From: Octopus bimaculoides
Taxonomy: Eukaryota
Length of the DNA: 38,785 bases
NCBI RefSeq assembly: GCF_001194135.2
Contig: NC_068985.1
Coordinates: forward strand, 33,611,078 to 33,649,862
Direction of reading: 5' to 3'
Each line of letters opens with the position of its first letter. The stretch's first letter is position 1. Of this stretch, positions 1 to 12,248 are shown in pieces. The notes below the pieces were generated by a model. It was given only the letters and a program-made list of their open reading frames with translations, was not told the origin of the DNA and ran no database searches. The position numbers and the translations under genes are program-made.

Positions 1-412
1 AAAAGCTCTACTTTGTAATTTGTCCATTTTCTGTATTTAGCCCTGTGTGGCTATAATAAAAAGATATCTATCTATCTATCTACCTCTATCTATCTATCTA
101 TCTTTATTTATTTATTTATTTTGCAGTCAATCAAAATATCTAATAGAGTATAGATAAAAATCAGGTTGATAGTTAAGAAAAACCAACTTCAAATGGTGAT
201 TAAAACAAAATGTTGTACTGAGATAACAGTCTTGGATGATTTGGGAAGACAGAGAAACCATTAGTTAAATGCAACTCTCTTTAAGGGTCCTTGTTATTAA
301 TCTCTGGTTAACCAGATAAAATGAACAAACAAGAACACCTTTATGTAGCTACACAATCTGTGAGAAATATTAACAAAATTCCCTACTCACTTCAGTGGAA
401 GAAAGAGTCACA

Positions 413-560
413 TAGACGTAGCTGTGTGGGAAGAAGCTTGCTTCCCAACCACATGCTTCCGGGTTCAGTCCCACTGTGTAACACCTTGGGTAAGTGTCTT
501 CCACTATAGCCTCAGGCTGACCAAAGCCTTGTGAGTGGATTTGGTAGAGAGAAACAGAAA
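413..560 (+). mobile_element. tRNA-derived SINE family A, 5' part
   Basis: GCTGTGTGGGAAGAAG (box A-like), GGGTTCAGTCCC (box B-like), CCTTGGGTAAGTGTC core; matches the other family A copies. Confidence 0.8.
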
Positions 561-1032
561 GGGTATTATGCTATAAAAAATTTGCCTTGGCAAATTCATT
601 CCAACCCATGCATGCATGGAAAAGTGGATGTTAAAATAGTGATGATGATCATGATCTTGATGATTATGATGATCATGATGACGAAAGTGTTTGAAAATTC
701 ATAATGTTAAGACACATCACACTATAATGATGGTGGTAATGGTGCTGATATTTGCGGTGATGGTGCTGGTGCATGTGGTAACATTGTCTTGCACATAGGA
801 TGATGGCACAGTAATTTCCAAATACCTTTCCCTCATTTCAATATTCTTTTATTACCTTACAGCTTTCAATCATTGAATCTCAGCCCTGCTTCAAGAGTAT
901 ATAGTTAATGATATTGTTCACCAGTACTTGTTTGGTATTTATTTTTATGATGGATAAAAAAATTTAACTGCTTGCATGATATGGACTAAAAACAGAACAG
1001 ACTCACCTGCAATCAATAGTGTATTAATATTA

Positions 1033-1745
1033 GGCAAGCTGGCAAAATTGTTACTGCACTCAGCACCGAGTTAAATGCTTAGTGGAAATTTCATCCATCT
1101 TTACGTTCTGAGTTCAAATGCCAGTGAGGTTGACTTTGCCACTTGTCATTTCAGGGTAGATAAAATAAATACCAGTTGAGCACTGGAGTCAACATAGTCG
1201 ACTTATCCCCTTCACTGAAAATGGTGGCCTCATGTCAAAATTTGAAACCAATATTAGGCGAGCTGGCAGAATTATTAGCACATTGAACAAAAGGCTCAAC
1301 AGAATTTCTTCTGGCTCTTTATGTTCTGAGTTTAAATTCTGATGAGGTCAATTTTGCCGTTCATCTTTTTGGGGATCAATAAAATTAAGTACCAAGCAAG
1401 TACTGGGTGGTGGGGTCAATAAAAATAAATACCAGTCAAGTACTGGCATCAATATAATCAACTTTTAAGGCAGCTAGCTGGCAGAATTGTTAGCACTTCA
1501 AGTGAAATACTTAATGGTATTTTGTCTGTCTTTAGTCTGAGTTCAAATTCTGCTGGGGTTGACTTTACCTCTCATCCTGTCGGGACTGAAAAACAAATAC
1601 CAGTTAAGTATTGATTGGAGTGTATGTAATTGACTCCCTCCCCCCACTGCCTCCCCTCCAAAATTGTTAACCTTCTGCCAAAATTTGAAATCAATATAAC
1701 CAAGATGCCCCTTACCCTCAAAATTACTGGCTGGTGCAAAAATAA
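1033..1745 (+). mobile_element. Cluster of three SINE family B copies (1033-1249, 1257-1466, 1467-1700), tandem and nested
   Basis: Repeated head GGCGAGCTGGCAGAATTGTTAGCAC, GAGTTCAAAT box B-like motif, GACTTTGCCTTTCATCC core and TTTGAAA tail in each copy. Confidence 0.8.
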
Positions 1746-1784
1746 AATTTTTAAAAAAAGTAATTAGAAAACATTATTCAAACA

Positions 1785-2168
1785 TTGTTGGCACTCTGTC
1801 GCTTACGATGTCGAGGGTTCCAGTTGATCCGATCAACGGAACAGCTTGCTCGTGAAATTAACATGCAAGTGGCTGAGCACTCCACAGACACGTGTACCCT
1901 TAACGTAGTTCTCGGGGATATTCAGCGTGACACAGTGTGACAAGGCTGACCCCTTGAATTACAGGCACAACGGAAACAGGAAGTAAGAGTGAGAGAAAGT
2001 TGTGGTGAAAGAGTACAGCAAGGTTTGCCACCATCCCCTGCCGGATCCTCGTGGAGCTTTTAGGTGTTTTCGCTCAATAAACACTCACAACGCCCGGTCT
2101 GGGAATCGAAACCGCGATCCTATGACCGTGACTCCGCTGCCCTAACCACTGGGCCATTGCGCCTCCAC
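1785..2168 (-). mobile_element. Full-length young tRNA-derived SINE family C with target-site duplication
   Basis: The reverse complement begins GTGGAGGCGCAATGGCCCAGTGGTTAGGGC (box A) ... GGTTTCGATTCCC (box B). TTCAAACA is at 1777-1784 and 2169-2176. About 93-94% identical by eye to 17231-17618. Confidence 0.9.
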
Positions 2169-2339
2169 TTCAAACATTAGGCAGTGGAAATTTACAAAAG
2201 AAAAGTGAAAAAGCTTGCCAATTTATCTTGACACAAAAAAAACAAAAAAAAACAGGAAGATCATTTCTATATTGCTGATTAATCAAGATTAATAAAAGTT
2301 ATATGAATTATTAACTTCATATGGATACAATAAAGATTG

Positions 2340-2555
2340 ACAAGTCAGTGAAGGATCCTTGACCTACTAGCGGTAACAGCTAAATTCCCCTCAAATTATA
2401 CCTTACCATTTTAAAGAAAAAGTCATATTAGATAATGTGATTCTGTGATTCTGAGTTACTTTCACATAGAAAAAGGACAGGTTGGTTATGGTTGAATGCC
2501 TTTAATCATAGATCTGCTGGGTTACGATGATCTGAGATTAGACATCAATAATCAC
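2340..2555 (-). repeat. Interspersed repeat family G, diverged copy
   Basis: The reverse complement shares the GATCAAAGGCATTC and GTGTGATTTGAGGGAGATTTGGCTGCTATTTCTAG-like blocks with 11340-11575, 15015-15160 and 34697-34905. Confidence 0.55.
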
Positions 2556-3137
2556 CCAAGACTGATACAAATGGTTTTCTCAGTTTTTGCCAGTAGAGTA
2601 GTTTAGATGTAAAAACTATTAAAGAGAGAGAGAGAGAGGGAGAATATTTTTAATACATAATGCAAAAGTAAGATTTTGAAGTTGTACTTGTTTGGCAAGT
2701 GACTTGATCTGAAATCATGTGTTGAGACTGAAACTATTACATTATGGAAAAGTTGTGGTAGACATTTAAAACACACACGTGTTGTTGTATTCACTTGTAT
2801 ATCATTTCGTGATTGCCTTGTATGCTATAATGGTTTGTCCTACAACTTTGAACTAGTCATTGACACAATTCCTCTGTATAATCATGATTAATATGTTTTG
2901 AATATACAGGCATGAAAAGGAAAACTAAACTAGAAAAATCATGTGCCTAGAAAACCACTGCAAGTGTGGTTAATATTATTGTTGCTGCTGCTGCTGCTGC
3001 TACCACTACTACTACTGTTACTATTACTTCTACTGTAACTGTTGCTGGTAATACAATGAGGAAGCTTCTACACCAGTGGTTCCTGACCCTTTTATTTAAA
3101 TGAATTTTCTTATGGACCCCTTAATATGCTTATCCTT

Positions 3138-3285
<148 letters not shown>

Positions 3286-3592
3286 AAAGAATTTGTTTTA
3301 AATCTCTGAGCGAGAGATATACAGTAACAGTAGTGGATAGTAATGTTTATATGCCAACAGAATGTGGCAGTCCTACATAGGATGATGTTACTGTTGTTTT
3401 ATATATGAAATTTGGAATTTAGTTCACAGACTCCCAATACTACCTTTGCAGACCACCATGGGTCTGCAGACCCCAGGTTAGGAACCACTATTCTACACAA
3501 TCACTCAACCTGTATTAAATAGAGCCAAATCTCGCTTGACCTATACTTTAATGCCTTATAAAAGGACATACACATTAGTGAATGTAACCACA

Positions 3593-3982
3593 GATGCAGG
3601 TGTGGCTGTGTGGTAAGAAGTTGGCTTCCCAACCATATGATTCTGGGTTCATTCACCACCACACCCCCCAATGTGTGGCATCTTGGTCATGTGTCTTCTA
3701 TAGCCTCAGGTTGACCAAAGTCTTGTGAGTGGATTTGTTAGACAGAAACTGAAATAAGCCCATTGTATGTGTGTGTTGTGTTTGTCCCCCACTGTCACTT
3801 AACAACTGGTGTTGATTTGTTTACATCTCCATAACTTAGGGGTTGGGCAAAAAGAGATTGATAAAATAATATCAGGTTTTAAAAAAATAAGTACTGTGAT
3901 CAATTTGTTCAACTAAATCCTTCAAGGTGGTGCCTCAGCATAGCCTCAGTCAAATAACTGAAACAAGTAAAAGATAAAAGAT
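3593..3982 (+). mobile_element. Full-length SINE family A
   Basis: Head GTGTGGCTGTGTGGTAAGAAG, box B-like GGGTTCA, central (TG)-rich part and tail GACTGAAACAAGTAAAAGATAAAAGAT. Confidence 0.88.
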
Positions 3983-4842
3983 AGATACACTAAATCTGAT
4001 GAAGAGATGGGATGGTCATGGCTGGAATATCTTGCTCATAGATCTACTTGATCAGAGCTGACTAAGGGCTGAACATCAACACCAACAACAGCATTAGTCC
4101 TTCATGAACTATGTTTTGGTATCATCATTGTGGTTCTCTCAACAAACTATGCTTATTGTGACTGTTTTAATTTCCAGTCAAAATCATTTCAACTTGGTTA
4201 TACCTACAATAGTTTGGAGGTGGGGATGCCAAAACTTACATTCCTTTTCCCAAATATCGCTAATTTCCCAAATGATTATATATTGTTTCTTTCAGTTTTA
4301 ATTTGTACCCATTGGTCCTGGGGTGCAAATTTCCTGTTTTAAAGGGATCTAAATTAAACCCTTCCATCAACAGTTCATGTTAACTTATGTTCCATACATA
4401 AGCTTAATAATGACATTTTACTAAATTCTTCATCATTTCCAAAATTAATTGAAACAAAGGCAACGTATTTCAACAGGAATACGGTAACAAAAAAGATTAA
4501 AGTCTTAAATTATGGAGGTCACATGCCCAACAGAGATTTATTTGTGACAGAATCTTACAGATGGATTCTCTTCTTATCACTAACCCATACGTATTTTTCA
4601 ATTGAGGGATATCTTTATTCTATAGGTCTTCAAAAGCACACAGCAACCAGTCATAACGTCAGTAACAAATGTCATCATCAACACCATTTCACCCAAGTGA
4701 TGACAAGCATGGAACTTATAGACACTGGTGCACATTTGCATGCACAAATGTACACATGCATGCATACAGATACAAATATACAAAACAAAGTTCCTGCTGT
4801 TTCTGTCAACAAAACTCCTTAACATTGGTCATCTGAGAACTA

Positions 4843-4937
4843 TTAGTAAAAGACATTTATCCAAGTTGCTGCACAGTGGGACTGAACCTAAAGTCATGTG
4901 GTTGCAAGATGGACTATCTAACTACATGGCTATACCT
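4843..4937 (-). mobile_element. Diverged SINE family A head
   Basis: CAGTGGGACTGAACC and AAGACATTTATCCAAG are reverse complements of the family A head and core. Confidence 0.6.
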
Positions 4938-5245
4938 CTATCTATAGCCATGCCTGTGTGACTATGGTTTGAATATTGTTTTATTATAGGTCTGTTTGAT
5001 CTGGACCAACTTGGATCTAAGCAACAACAAAATACAAGTTATACAAAATTCTTTGCACACTTTGGCTGCTGCAACTCTATTGTGAAAGCTGTGTAACAAA
5101 CACTAGCAGTGAATTCAGTAAGTCTAAAATAAAGGCCTACTTTTAGTTCCTACAGATACAAGAAAGCTTTGCCAAATAAACAAGGAATCAGTGATATCTT
5201 ACAAACTTTACCAGTGTCAGCAATAACTGTAAACATAACACATGC

Positions 5246-5313
5246 AACGTTTTAATCACTATCTCTAGCCTGTATTTTAATAAATACAGGCTTGAGATAG
5301 TGATTAAAATGTT
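5246..5313. repeat. Near-perfect palindrome, 32-bp arms with TAAT loop
   Basis: 5246-5277 pairs with 5282-5313, with one G.T and one T.T mismatch. Confidence 0.9.
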
Positions 5314-6147
5314 TTTTTCTTTTTCTTTCTTTTTGGTTCAGTTTCTTAAAAATTATTTTGAAGTTTACTAGAATATATCTTAGAAGATATTCCATTTACT
5401 TTTCAGTGCTAAGTCAAATTCAAAGTGTTTATAACATTCTTTAAAACACCTAACTTAATCTTCTCTCGTGGAATACTTATTCAACACTTCAAATGATTTA
5501 TTTACAGTTTGTGTTTTGGGATATTTTACATGCCTTATTTATTTGATTATTTTGTTGTTGTTGTTGTTAGTGCTGCCTCACTGGTTTGTTATAATAAATC
5601 TTGGGTAATGGCTAAATTCCCAGAATATATAGATATTTTTACATAGAGTTTTAATTGTATTTCATGTGTGTTTGTGTGTGAGTATTATTATTTTCTTTCT
5701 TTCCATTATTGATAACATTGTTCAAAAAATATTGTACCTTTCTTAAATATCCAGTTTTTATTGTTCTTGAATAAGGAACTTTGTAAATAATATCACACTG
5801 AAGAAAGAGAATTGCAGCCAACCAAATTCATTGTGTATTTAGCTACAGTTTGAAGGAACATCCCATCATATCCTAGCAACACAGCTATCTCTGTGACATA
5901 GACCCTTAATTTTCAATGACCCTATTCACTTAGTTGTATACAGGTACCACTGCTGTAAATAAGTAGCATGGGAAAGTACAACTTGCTACTATAGTTTACT
6001 GGTATCTAACTACTGATGTAGTTCGCACTTGAGAAGTTAGTTGTCACCTATCAAAGTCATTTCATCCACATTTCGTATTGAATAGCAGCCATGCTTGTAC
6101 ATGAAACTCACAGGATCTCACATAAATCTACTGTTAATAAATAATAT

Positions 6148-6297
6148 AGGTGCAGGCAATGGCCATGTGGTAAGAAATTTGCTTCCTAACCACATGGTAC
6201 CAGGTAAGTCTCATTGCATGGCACATTGGACAAGTGTCTTCTACTATAGCCCTGGATTGACCCAAACTGTGTGAGTGGATTTGATAGATGGAAACTG

Positions 6298-6333
<36 letters not shown>
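6148..6333 (+). mobile_element. SINE family A 5' part ending in (TA)n
   Basis: GGTGCAGGCAATGGCCATGTGGTAAGAA ... GGACAAGTGTCTTCTACTATAGCC ... GATGGAAACTGAAA. Confidence 0.8.
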
Positions 6334-6336
<3 letters not shown>

Positions 6337-6440
6337 GAATTGCTAAAGTAAGAGAACTGGGATGTCCCAAAATTTTCAGTTTTCATAAAAAATTTAATTG
6401 CATGTTGGTTTTAGGAGCTTAGGGCAAAAAGCTTGTTTAA

Positions 6441-6660
6441 TCCTTTAGCATTCAAACCAGCCATATCCAGCCTAAATATTAAACCAGTTTTATGTTAAAA
6501 CTGGCCAGATCTGGCCTCTCATGCCTATCCTATAATATCTTTCTAAAACTAAGCAATCATATCATGAAAATTTCTTAGCTACAAGGTAACACATGATTAA
6601 TTCAAAACAGTGTGAATGAATAAACATTACATTTGAGAAAATAATGTGAAGACTAAAGGG
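6441..6660. mobile_element. 220-bp piggyBac-type MITE with TTAA target duplication
   Basis: TTAA at 6437-6440 and 6661-6664; degenerate TIRs TCCTTTAGCATTC and GAAGACTAAAGGG; colinear with 23076-23295. Confidence 0.8.
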
Positions 6661-7341
6661 TTAAACTGTATTCTATCTGATCCCACCCCACCATTGCAAA
6701 TTGGGATGTGGTGATATAAAAGCATTTCAATCACTCGTGTCTTTTCAAATACTTGTCGTTTCTGGTCTCAGGAGGCTTGCCAATGCTTTAGGCACAACTC
6801 CTCCCTCCTGACTAAACAAAAAACAATAAAATAAAAATTACTTTCAATGACTTTTCTGAATTTTTTTTTTTTTAAATCACAAATCTAAATAAATTAGTAA
6901 ATTGTTTACATTATTTAGATAAAAATTGTATGAATATAAAAGTTACTACAAGCCCATCCATACTACTGCAACTGTTAGCTAGTTATTCAAATTTACTGAA
7001 ACTTCACTCTACAGTGCATGTGTAAAACCCCCACCCACCCACACACATTTATTTAATTACATCAATCTTACCTAGGGAATCTAAAATGGTTCAATATTAA
7101 TCATTTATTTGTTGCAGACATTTAATGTAATTTTTTTCAGAAACAGAAATCTTTAGTCATCTTTCCATTTCTCATCTTTCTCCCGTAAATTATGAAAATG
7201 TTTAGAGTAACACTGTATTAACAATAAAAGATTGGAAAATGTTTGAAATCTATAAAATTACTTTTTAATTATATACTCAATATATTTTCTATCATCAGCT
7301 TTCAAGTTTAATTTATATGCTTCTTTTCTTTTTCTTGTTAG

Positions 7342-7372
7342 GGTTTTTAAGAAAAGCAGTCCCAATGGACAG
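7342..7372 (+). CDS. ARRB: Arrestin (beta-arrestin/Kurtz-like) coding exon, equivalent to ARRB exon 2: (R)-V-F-K-K-S-S-P-N-G-Q
   Basis: Polypyrimidine tract TTCTTTTCTTTTTCTTGTTAG, then 31 nt G GTT TTT AAG AAA AGC AGT CCC AAT GGA CAG, then donor GTATGT. The peptide matches the arrestin N-terminal motif RVFKKxSPNGK. The 31-nt size and phase 2/0 match vertebrate ARRB1 exon 2 as I recall it. Confidence 0.93.
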
Positions 7373-7498
7373 GTATGTATTTATGTATTACACATTGTAC
7401 TTTTCGTCACTCGTTATATTATGAATGATGGATTTTCAGTACTAGAAGGAAGCAAACTATTCCTTGTTGTTGTACTACTACTACTGCTGCTACTGCTG

Positions 7499-7545
<47 letters not shown>

Positions 7546-7750
7546 CCTTTTGACTCTAGGCATGAAACTTTGGGGGGGGGGTCTAATCGATTACATCAAC
7601 CCCAGTGCATAACTGGTACTTATTTCATTGACCCTGACAGGATAAAAGGCAAAGTCAACCTCAGTGGAATTTGAAATCAGAAAGTAGTGACGGGCGAAAT
7701 ACTGCAAAGCATTTCATCCAGCACGCTGATGATTCTGCCAGCTCGCCACC
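7546..7750 (-). mobile_element. SINE family B, antisense, about 175 nt downstream of the arrestin exon
   Basis: Ends in TTCTGCCAGCTCGCC (reverse complement of the family B head); has GGCAAAGTCAACCTC core; flanked by (AAT)n. Confidence 0.85.
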
Positions 7751-7793
<43 letters not shown>

Positions 7794-7871
7794 TGATGAT
7801 GGTGGACTCACCTATCGGAGACAATGTATGAGTGTTCAGCTGTTTGCCAAATGACCTACTACTACTACTAC

Positions 7872-7910
<39 letters not shown>

Positions 7911-7984
7911 TGATGATGATAATGGATTCTCTCCTGTGAAAGACAACATATGAGTGTTCAGCTTTTGTTGAATGGCCTGCACAA

Positions 7985-8214
7985 ATGATTTGTTTATAGC
8001 AATCAAATGTATGTGCTGTACATTAGCTCACTCTCTCCATCAAATTGATGTTGCTTGAACAGGTGCACAGTGTACCATGCATCAGGAGTCAAAGTGATTG
8101 CAGAGCAACATGAGATGAAGTGCTTTGCTCAAGAACACAATGCACCACCTGGTCTTCGAATTGAAACCATGATCTTGCAATCACGAGTGCAACACCCTAA
8201 CCTCTAGGCCATAC
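7985..8214 (-). mobile_element. tRNA-derived SINE family F
   Basis: The reverse complement reads TATGGCCTAGAGGTTAGGGTGTTGCACTC ... GGTTTCAATTCG (box A/B), then TGTGTTCTTGAGCAAAGCACTTCATCTC core. Part of its tail is duplicated at 7800-7975. Confidence 0.7.
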
Positions 8215-8272
8215 TGCTGGAGCTTGTGAAATCAAGAGCTCTGAGAAGTGAAATGAACATAATAATAATAAT

Positions 8273-8650
8273 CCTTTCTACTGAAGGCTCAAGGCCAGAA
8301 ATTTGTGGGAAGGTGACTAGTCGATTACATCGACCCTAGTGTTTCACTGGTACTTAATCTATTGATCATAAAAGGATAAAAAGAAAAGTCGACCTCAGCA
8401 AAATTTGAACTCAGAACATAGCGACAGGTGAAATACCACTGAGCATTTCGTCCAGCACACTAATAATTCTGCCAGCTCACCACCTTACTACTATTAATAA
8501 TAATAACCCTTTCTACTGAAGGCAGAAGGCCTGACATTTTGTGGGAGGGGACTAGCCAATTATGTTAACTGCAGTGTTTCACTGGTACTTAATTTATCAA
8601 CTCCAAAAGGATGAAAGGCAGAGTTGACCTCGGTGAAATTTGAACTCGGA
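8273..8650 (-). mobile_element. Two adjacent SINE family B copies (8273-8483 and 5'-truncated 8508-8650)
   Basis: Both show CCTTTCTACTGAAGGC tail, CTGGTACTTAAT and AAAGTCGACCTC blocks. Confidence 0.8.
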
Positions 8651-10072
8651 ACATCATTTGACACACCCAGCAACAGAAGAATTAGCCAACTTTATCATTG
8701 TGTACGTCGTATTGTGTAGACTGGGTTACCACCAGCACTAGAGAAGTTATCTGTGAAAAGACTGGCTCAGTTCTTTGAGCTACTGCCTTATAGTTGGGTA
8801 GCCTTTGATACAGCCTGTGGAGTCAATATCATATTTGTATATTCCATTTGTAGCATATTTCTACATACAGCTGGATGACCTTACTGTCACCGACTACTTT
8901 AAAGCATGTTACTGGGGACATTGTATCATGCTAAATAGGTTATCTGCAACAGAACTAAAAAGACTTTCTACATTGTATTAGTTCTTTATTGGAACTATGG
9001 CTCTCCAAGATGAGTAGTTTGTGATGTGCTTTGCACAGCCCATGTTTCATTTGCATGTTCTATTTTTGGCATGGTTTCTATGACCTGATATACTTTTATC
9101 ATTTTATCATGCCAACAACACTATGAAGTCTGTCTGCAGTCCTCTGTATCCTCTATCAGGTCTTAGTTACTTCCTGCCTCAGAGGCAAGTAGCCTGTGTG
9201 CTCTTTTTGGGTCTCTTCTTTGGCTAAGCTTTAACAACATTTCTTAAAGTGTCCATTACTATAAGTCTGAATTTGAGTGAGCTAATTTAACCAAATACTT
9301 CAGCTACTATGCTGTAAACTTGTCTTGTTTGTCCATCAGTCCTATATAGTTTTTAATGATATATTGAGACTGCATTTGTTTTGCTTATCTCATTAAGCAT
9401 CATATTTCTGTATTGAATTTCATGAATCTGTAACATGAATGTTTGTTGTAAATTCAATACAAGAGCATCTATCTTAGCATGGTTCTTGTTGCTAACAGTA
9501 TTAAGTAAAAACAAAAACAATTTTTTTAAAATACTATTTCACCTTCGGGCATGTTCTTGAGATATATGCTATACTTTTAATTATAATTATATAGTTTTAG
9601 AAATAAAATTTATTGAAACTACAAATCTTTGAAAACATTTTTTTAAATATCTAAAATAAAAGGAAAAAGTAATAATAAGCAAAAGTAAAGTTCAGTAAAA
9701 ATATAATTTATGAGATAAGATGTTGAGGTACTAGAGAATTTTACTGCCAACATATATGGTTAGTTAATTAGACATGAGATCTTTTTGCAAAGAAAGTTGT
9801 GTTAAGCGTCTACCTAGCAACTTCATCATTTTAACATCTGTTTTCCATGCTGATTTATATTGGATATGTCTACTACAAAGTATTTGGTCAATAATTTCAG
9901 TGTTTTGGCATCTCTTCTGGAAAACTCAACATTCTGAAGTTTCATTTCACCTTCCTTCCTTATTGTCCCTCTTTACCAGTATCATCCACATGGCATTTTT
10001 CACCCAGATCTTGTTCAAACCATTATTGTCATCCTTTCTACATTCTTTGGCTGATGTTTCTAATAATCAACT

Positions 10073-10163
<91 letters not shown>
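10073..10163. repeat. (CT)n microsatellite
   Basis: Directly visible. Confidence 0.98.
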
Positions 10164-10165
<2 letters not shown>

Positions 10166-10181
10166 GCATGCATGTCATCCA

Positions 10182-10850
10182 CATCATCATTTAACATCCA
10201 TTGTCCATGCTGGCATGGGTTGGACGATTTGACCAGGGCTGGTAAGCTTAGGGGCTGCACCAGACTCTAGTCTGATTTGGCATGGTTTTTACATCTGGCT
10301 GCCCTTCCAAATGCCAACCACTCCAAGAATGTAATGGGTGCTTTTACATGCCACTGACACAGGTATCAATTTGCATGACACCAATATCTGTCACAACTAT
10401 GGTTTCACCTGGCTTGATGGATCTTCTTCTCAAGCACATCATCATCATTGTCATTTAATGTCTGCTTTCCATGTTGGCATGGGTTAGACGGTTTGGCTGA
10501 GGACTGGCGAGCCAGAAGGCTGCACCAGGCTCAATCTGATCTGGCAAAGTTTCTACAGCTGGATGCCCTTCCTAATGCCAACCATTCCGTGAGTGTAGTG
10601 GGTGCTTTTACATGCCACCGGTACAAGGGCCAGTCAGGCAGTTCTGGCAACGACCACACTCAAAAGATGTTTTTTACATGCTACCTGCACGGGAGCCAGT
10701 CCGGTGGCACTGGCAATGACCACGCTTGAATGCTGTTTTTCATGTGCTACCGGCACATGTGCTGGTAAGGCGATGCTAGCAATGATCGCGCTCGAATGGT
10801 GCTTTTTACGTGCCACCAGCACGGGAGCCAATCCATGGCCCTGGCAACAA
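10182..10850 (-). mobile_element. Two tandem copies (10182-10400, 10437-10850) of family D, an RTE-tail-like non-autonomous retroelement
   Basis: (CAT)n TTTAA(C/T)GTC.GCTTTCCATG.TGGCATGGGTT start and GGATGCCCTTCCTAATGCCAACC motif. The element sense strand ends in (GAT)n. The RTE assignment is from recall. Confidence 0.7.
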
Positions 10851-11339
10851 TCAGGTGGTCTTAATCAGTAGTCTAATGAATAATATAAACAATATAAATG
10901 TTATGTCCATAACAGATTATATCTTCAACTTCATTCCGTAGGTTATAAATCATTAGTCTTGAGAATACAAATGCTATGTATATAATAGATTATGTCTTCA
11001 GTTTTGTTCCATAATTAAATATTAACCTTGGTTGCGTCCAACACCCCTGGGCTCCACACTAATCACTATTGCCACTCCCATTCTCAAAACATCAACCTTC
11101 TCTGTTCATGTTTTTCCCCTTAGGAAAAGTGGAACATTAATGGCGTCAGTCCCACCAGTCTAGAAAGATTTGCAAGATCATAGGGGCTGCCCTTTCCCTC
11201 AAATCCAGTAAGTTTAGAAGAAAAAATCCATACACAGAGCAAAATAGAACAGTAGTATAGATTAGACTAAAACAGATTGGATACAAAAGAAGTCTTCTTG
11301 ATTCATTGCAGTCTTTCGTTTCATCCCTCACAGTATTAA

Positions 11340-11575
11340 GTTTAAATCCTGTTGGAAAGAGTTAGTGAAAAAATACCCTTTGTTATATAAGCTAAAGTTA
11401 GTTCTGATTAAGTAGGGTTTTGATCAAAAGGGTCCAGCTATGAACATCCTACCCTCATTTCAGACATTGTGTAATTTCCTTATTTTTTTATGATGGTAGG
11501 ATGTGATTTTGGAGAGATTTGGTTGCTATTTCTAGCTGATTGAACATCTACATAGAAGACCTCATTAGCTCAATG
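11340..11575 (+). repeat. Interspersed repeat family G
   Basis: TTTTGATCAAAAGGGTCCAGCTATGAACATCC ... GATGGTAGGATGTGATTTTGGAGAGATTTGGTTGCTATTTCTAGC. Other pieces at 3985-4090, 15015-15160, 22985-23070, 29495-29570 and 34697-34905. Confidence 0.6.
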
Positions 11576-11641
11576 CTCCCTGAGTATTACCTACTCACTT
11601 CAGTCTGCTGCTTCTTCTTATCATTATCATTATCATCAAGG

Positions 11642-11848
11642 TGGCTAGCTGGTAGAATTGTTAGCACACTGGTTGAAATACTTAGCAGCATTTGGCCATT
11701 TTTATGTTCTGGGTTCAAATTTCGCCTAAGTTGACTTTGCCTTTCATCTTTTCAGAGTCGATAAAATAAGCACCAGTTGAGTATTGGGAGCAATGTAATT
11801 GACATAACCCCTCCCTCAAAATTACTGGCCTTGTGCCAAAATTTGAAA
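11642..11848 (+). mobile_element. SINE family B, full length
   Basis: TGGCTAGCTGGTAGAATTGTTAGCAC ... GGGTTCAAATT ... GACTTTGCCTTTCATC ... CCAAAATTTGAAA, followed by (ACT)n(ATT)n. Confidence 0.85.
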
Positions 11849-12216
11849 TCATCATTATTACTACTACTACTACTACTACGATTATTATTATTATTATTAT
11901 TATTATTATTTTCATTTTATTTTTTTATCTAGTTTCAGCTCATGAGCTGTGGCCATGCTGGGGCACCGCCATATTATTATTATTTGGCAAAAAAAAATAT
12001 GACAAATTTTCTATCATTTACTTGTTTCAGTCTTTGAACTATGGCCATGCTAGGGCACTGCTTTAAAGGATTAAACTGAACAAATGAACCTCAATTCCTT
12101 CTTTTTTTTTAAAAAAAAAAACCTATTCTATTAGTCACTTTTTCTGAGCTGCCAAGTTATCAGGGCCTTAAACAAATGAGCAACAGTTGTCAAGTGGTGA
12201 TGGAGGACAAACACAT

Positions 12217-12248
<32 letters not shown>

